From IMG/VR virus record IMGVR_UViG_3300023092_000005, positions 1 through 38,704 of that record: a DNA stretch of 38,704 nucleotides; one strand, written 5' to 3'. The first letter of the stretch is position 1. Every line of letters begins with the position of its first letter. The notes under the pieces were generated by a model that saw nothing but the letters and a program-made list of their open reading frames with translations, did no database searches and was not told the origin of the DNA. Positions 35,068 to 38,704 of the stretch are shown in pieces. The stretch comes from a virus. Taxonomy: Duplodnaviria; Caudoviricetes. The position numbers and the translations under genes are program-made.

Positions 35068-35090
35068 AAAATACCCCAATTAAGGGGTAT
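35068..35090 (-). terminator. Rho-independent terminator downstream of the scaffold gene
   Basis: ATACCCC-TTAATT-GGGGTAT followed by a short T run. Confidence 0.65.
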
Positions 35091-35168
35091 CGTCACTAAG
35101 GAAAGGAGCAACACAACTTGAAGTCATAGCCATCTTATATCCGAGTAGGCGCGGTTCACTACATTCTG

Positions 35169-35966
35169 TTACTTGCCGCCGGAATCGAAATAATCTTTCA
35201 CCTTCTTCGAGATAGCCGCATGCTCAGGGTGTTTGGCATCCATATATCCGGGGTGAGCCATCAGGGTATCAATGCTGGATGTATTGCCTGGGGTCTGACT
35301 TGGTGGTGTGTCCTCAGTCATCTCAAGGCCTAGCTTGTGCAGTATCTGCATCGCTACAGGGCTGTTTCCTATCTCGCGCAATACCTCGCCTTCATCGAGT
35401 CCAGTAGATGCAGCCAGGTTGCGAGCTGCCCGCAATGCCACAGCAGAATTATCAGCCAGCTTGTCACCCCATATCCCCTTAATAGTCTCAAGCCCTACCG
35501 CTGCCTGTTCCTCAAAGGATGGCGCACCACCAATGCCTAACTCTGCGACTTCTGCCTTGAACTGTGTCAGCGCGAAGTCCATTTGCTTCTGTGTCATACC
35601 GGCATCGTGTGCAGCCTTGAAGAATCCAGCTTGCTTCTCAGGGTCGATAGGCAGGTCGAAGCCTTCCGGCACTTTGTATTCCTCTGGCGTCTTAGGGCGA
35701 ATATCGCCTGAACCCATGCGCTTCTCAAGATTGGCGCGGTGTTCGTCTACCTTGGCGAAAGTCGCTGTTATATCGATCTCCCCATCTTCGCCCTTGACGA
35801 TGTACTTTTCCGGCACCTTGCTTACATCCCAAGCCTCCTGTGTAACGGCTGCTTCAAGGGCTGATGGTGCTGGGGTCTCCGTTGTTGCTGCTGGTGTTTC
35901 AACGGCTGGAACCTCTGCGGCTGGGGTCTCTGCTACTGGTGCATCTACTACGGCTGTATCGGTCAT
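35169..35966 (-). CDS. Capsid assembly scaffolding protein
   Basis: Low-complexity acidic N-terminus, LEKRMG...PKTPEEY..P, GMTQKQ, C-terminal Y.D.KHP.H...V...F. Confidence 0.8.
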   Translation of the reverse strand: MTDTAVVDAPVAETPAAEVPAVETPAATTETPAPSALEAAVTQEAWDVSKVPEKYIVKGEDGEIDITATFAKVDEHRANLEKRMGSGDIRPKTPEEYKVPEGFDLPIDPEKQAGFFKAAHDAGMTQKQMDFALTQFKAEVAELGIGGAPSFEEQAAVGLETIKGIWGDKLADNSAVALRAARNLAASTGLDEGEVLREIGNSPVAMQILHKLGLEMTEDTPPSQTPGNTSSIDTLMAHPGYMDAKHPEHAAISKKVKDYFDSGGK

Positions 35967-36211
35967 TGCTGTTGCTCCTGTATGTCGGCATCTACGACAC
36001 CGTTATGGATATTGATCTGTACTACTATCTCGTTAAGTACCATGCCTGCGCCTGCGTTACTGAATGTTTGCAGTACAGCATCTATGCCGCCCTTGGTCAC
36101 TGGTGGTCTGGTGTATTTGGCTACGAGGTATTCAAGGATGGCGACACCGCGCTGGTCGACGGTGAATATATCATGGAAGTATTTAGCGAGTAACTCGCGT
36201 TCTATTGTCAT
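35963..36211 (-). CDS. Bbp19-like small head-module protein
   Basis: F.DIF....G..ILE.L...Y.......T..N.G...V...I...I; GAGG SD; directly precedes the scaffold gene. Confidence 0.7.
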   Translation of the reverse strand: MTIERELLAKYFHDIFTVDQRGVAILEYLVAKYTRPPVTKGGIDAVLQTFSNAGAGMVLNEIVVQINIHNGVVDADIQEQQQ

Positions 36212-36282
36212 AGGTTTCCTCTATGTTGGTGCCGGGTTTATCTGACCCCGTATTATACGCCCGGCTTCGGGTTGAAACCCAC

Positions 36283-36310
36283 TTGCGTGGACAGATTCTT
36301 GTGATACTAT
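36283..36310 (+). promoter_or_regulatory. Antisense-oriented sigma70-type promoter
   Basis: TTGCGT-16 bp-TACTAT with extended -10 TG. Confidence 0.55.
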
Positions 36311-36339
36311 CGAGTTTTCAATGAAACTGGAAAACTATC

Positions 36340-36444
36340 ATGTTTATCAATTTACTTCTTATCGCTGCATCAATCCTTGGCTCTATCCTGCTAATTACTA
36401 CTGTTGCTGCGTTTGTAGTATCTAAGTCAGAGACTAGGGGATAA
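36340..36444 (+). CDS. 34-aa single-pass membrane peptide (not in ORF track)
   Basis: MFINLLLIAASILGSILLITTVAAFVVSKSETRG; fills the gap in the minus-strand operon and follows its own promoter. Confidence 0.55.
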   Translation: MFINLLLIAASILGSILLITTVAAFVVSKSETRG

Positions 36445-36721
36445 AAAATCCAACTGATACCTCGGCAGTAGCGGCTGCGTTTAGCGTAATAGTGAATGAC
36501 CCAGCAGCAGCTACTACGCATTTTATCCCGGTAGCCGTTGTGTCGTTTGTCCGTAAGATACAATCAATTACGGTGTTTATGTCAACCAGACTGTTGGTTA
36601 TTGTTACCGCAGTGCCAGCAGCAGCTATGTTGACAGCACCTACCCTGCCATTTATTGTTTGATCTCCAGTGACTCCAGTAGGTGTTATGTATCTTTTCTT
36701 TTGAATAAGGACGTCTTGCAT
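36434..36721 (-). CDS. Small beta-rich virion-like protein
   Basis: 95 aa Thr/Ala/Val-rich (G.V.IAAAGT.VTITNSLV...AGSFTITL); AGGAG SD. Confidence 0.7.
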   Translation of the reverse strand: MQDVLIQKKRYITPTGVTGDQTINGRVGAVNIAAAGTAVTITNSLVDINTVIDCILRTNDTTATGIKCVVAAAGSFTITLNAAATAEVSVGFFIP

Positions 36722-36729
36722 GATATCTC

Positions 36730-38106
36730 CTAGACTACTGGGGTGATTTTGTTGGCGGTGGCACGAAGCAATGGCACAAGCACGGCCTGACCTGTGTCGT
36801 TAGGGTGAGCGCCATCGTCGCTATATCCTGTTTGGAATCGACCAGGTGACTGATGCATAGCTCTAATGTCGCAGACATAGACACCATTCTCCTGACCGAA
36901 TCCTAATGCAAAGTTATCAAGGTCTGTATATATCCCCTGTATTGTTCCAGACAACGTAACGTTAGCGCCCGGCATGGTGGTGCAAAGTATCAATCTTCCG
37001 CCATATCCGCTAACTGTTTCTATGACCTGAGCTGTAATCGCCTTTTGTTGGGCCGCTATTGCCGCTGTCATGCTTGTTGCTGTCTTCGGACTTCCGTCAT
37101 TAATGGTACTAACCGACCAGCAAACAATCGTTGGCTGAAACTCGTTCAAGGTATCAAGCAGGCGGCCAAGAAAGTTACTTGTCAAATCGCCTGACTGTCC
37201 TCCGTTATAGTGAACAATCTTATTCCCTGATTTGGCAAATACTTGTTGCATCCATCCACAAGTGCCTGTTGCTCCTATGCCTTGGAACGTTGAATCGCCA
37301 TAACTGGCTACTGATATTACCTTGCCGCGCCAATAGAACTTGATGATAGGCATCAGCATGTTTGATGATAAGTTGTCAGTCTGCACAACCCAATTTGCAG
37401 GTGTGCTAGTTCGGTCAGAGCCTGCTTGAGTGAATGATCGGCATATTCTACCGCAGAGTGATTCGTATGCAGTTCCGAAGTTTAATGCATCTGCGTAATA
37501 TCCCATATTAGCTGCGGGGGCAGCACCCAAGAATAGGCTAACCATAAACAATGGTTCAGCCCCAGGCACATCAAAACGGGCAATGCTCTTGCAAGGGATT
37601 ACGTCAGACCATGTTATTTGCTGACCGACAAATAGGTTGCTTCCTTTAACCTTGTGGTTAAGCGGCAGGTTGAGTGTGGCATTACCGCCGAATGTGACGT
37701 TCTGCCACAAAGCATCATCACGAACGCCGCCGGTTGTTGGAACGCCCTTACCTACTACCAATGCGTCAGATGGAGCTACTGCAACCTTTATGCCCGTGGT
37801 TGTTGCTGCAAGTGCCGAGTTAAGGAATCCTATCTCAACCGCGTCATAGTGTTCAGGAACGCTAATCAATGTGCGCCAGTTGGAATTTGCTGATAATGCG
37901 CCTGTAGTGTACGGAGGTTGCGTAAGGGTAGCACCAGAAGACTTGCCTCTAGTCGTTACCCCACCTATTGGACTAACAACGCCAGTCTTTAGATTTACAT
38001 AGCCAGCCAGAGAGCCGTCTGCGTTGTATGCGCCAGTTATGTAGCCACCTGGGTTAAGGCTGACAAAATACCCAAGAACTGGATCAAAAACTATGTTCAT
38101 GCTCAT
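36730..38106 (-). CDS. SGNH/GDSL hydrolase-domain protein
   Basis: Blocks YGDSTFQG (I), NGGQSG (II), STIND (III) and DGAHPN (V); TAATG-coupled to the portal stop. Confidence 0.85.
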   Translation of the reverse strand: MSMNIVFDPVLGYFVSLNPGGYITGAYNADGSLAGYVNLKTGVVSPIGGVTTRGKSSGATLTQPPYTTGALSANSNWRTLISVPEHYDAVEIGFLNSALAATTTGIKVAVAPSDALVVGKGVPTTGGVRDDALWQNVTFGGNATLNLPLNHKVKGSNLFVGQQITWSDVIPCKSIARFDVPGAEPLFMVSLFLGAAPAANMGYYADALNFGTAYESLCGRICRSFTQAGSDRTSTPANWVVQTDNLSSNMLMPIIKFYWRGKVISVASYGDSTFQGIGATGTCGWMQQVFAKSGNKIVHYNGGQSGDLTSNFLGRLLDTLNEFQPTIVCWSVSTINDGSPKTATSMTAAIAAQQKAITAQVIETVSGYGGRLILCTTMPGANVTLSGTIQGIYTDLDNFALGFGQENGVYVCDIRAMHQSPGRFQTGYSDDGAHPNDTGQAVLVPLLRATANKITPVV

Positions 38107-38569
38107 TATGCGGCCTCTGGTTGTAATACTGCTTGGGTTGCTTGTGCTTCGACTGCTTCTTCCTGTGCTGCCTGTTCTTGGTCTTGCTTGACCTGCATGT
38201 CTAACTGACGCTTCTCTTGCAGTTCTTCCGGGCCTCGCAATAGGGTACTTGGTACTCCGAGGGCCAGTCCTTTCTCGTATTGAGATTCGTCTACCTTGAT
38301 GTTATCCCACACTGTGGGGTCTTGTTTAGCCGCTGCAAGTTGACCTATGCCGGCCATGAACACATCGATAGCGTTGACTTCTTCCATCTTCTGGCTGCGT
38401 GCCAATGGAGATATATAGCGAATAGTGTAGTCTTTACCGAGCAAGCCCTCTGGTATAGGCCCCAGTTCTTCTTCCAGCGCACCAGAACGCAACGCAATGC
38501 CGAAGCAACGCTCTATTACCACTTGTAAGTACTCAGGGTTCTGACGCGATAGGATAGGGCTTAACAGTG
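38106..38569 (-). CDS. Portal protein, 3' part
   Basis: In frame with 1-1168; contains RSATEI...LLSPILSRQNPEYL...IRYISPLARSQK, typical of the head-tail connector family. Confidence 0.88.
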
Positions 38570-38695
38570 TTCTAACCTGGTTCACGTCCCGTTGTATCTC
38601 TGTGGCTGAACGTACCGGGCCACCAGCGGGGGTGAGTTGGTCTGTCATCATGATTCTACGGATTTGCTGGCGCAGGTCATCAGCCTTGGCGAATG
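38570..38695. repeat. Terminal direct repeat, copy 2 (circular assembly overlap)
   Basis: Exact copy of 1-126. The final 9 nt (38696-38704) do not match and belong to a fold-back of 38669-38680. Confidence 0.95.
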
Positions 38696-38704
38696 ACCTG
38701 CGCC

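Noticed and set aside
35308-36015. Long plus-strand ORFs here and at 19992-20636, 22543-22989 and similar
   Set aside because: Antisense shadows of well-supported genes, with no recognisable motifs.
38669-38704. Terminal fold-back: 38693-38704 is the reverse complement of 38669-38680, resembling a hairpin telomere
   Set aside because: It lies inside the portal gene, disagrees with the copy at 127 onward, and no protelomerase is evident. Most likely a library or assembly chimera.

Overview
A complete, circularly closed podovirus-type phage genome of about 38.57 kb: bases 1-126 recur at 38570-38695 and the portal gene runs across the join. The minus strand carries a BPP-1/T7-like virion module (portal, scaffold, capsid, tail tube A/B, GNAT, four ejection proteins, terminase, gp17-like fibre), a lysis cassette (holin, GH108 endolysin, embedded Rz/Rz1) and a lambdoid replication arm (Cro-like HTH, DUF1376-type initiator with internal ori, DnaB, DUF559, NinB, DUF1364, RusA). 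The plus strand (8.6-16.5 kb) holds small early genes, including an HNH-AP2 endonuclease, an SSB-like protein, a MerR/Xis-like HTH and two MazG-like proteins. I found no integrase, CI repressor or reverse transcriptase. Most notable: (1) a ~195-nt structured RNA containing a tRNA-like domain with a collapsed anticodon arm, upstream of MazG; (2) an ejection protein carrying a lysozyme-like domain plus an ADP-ribosyltransferase domain; (3) an RNA island between scaffold and capsid with a candidate anti-SD sRNA, tRNA-Asp and tRNA-Glu; (4) a pseudoknot that would occlude the HNH gene's SD; (5) an SGNH-esterase insertion next to an antisense membrane peptide. All family assignments come from motifs recognised by eye; no searches or folding programs were run.
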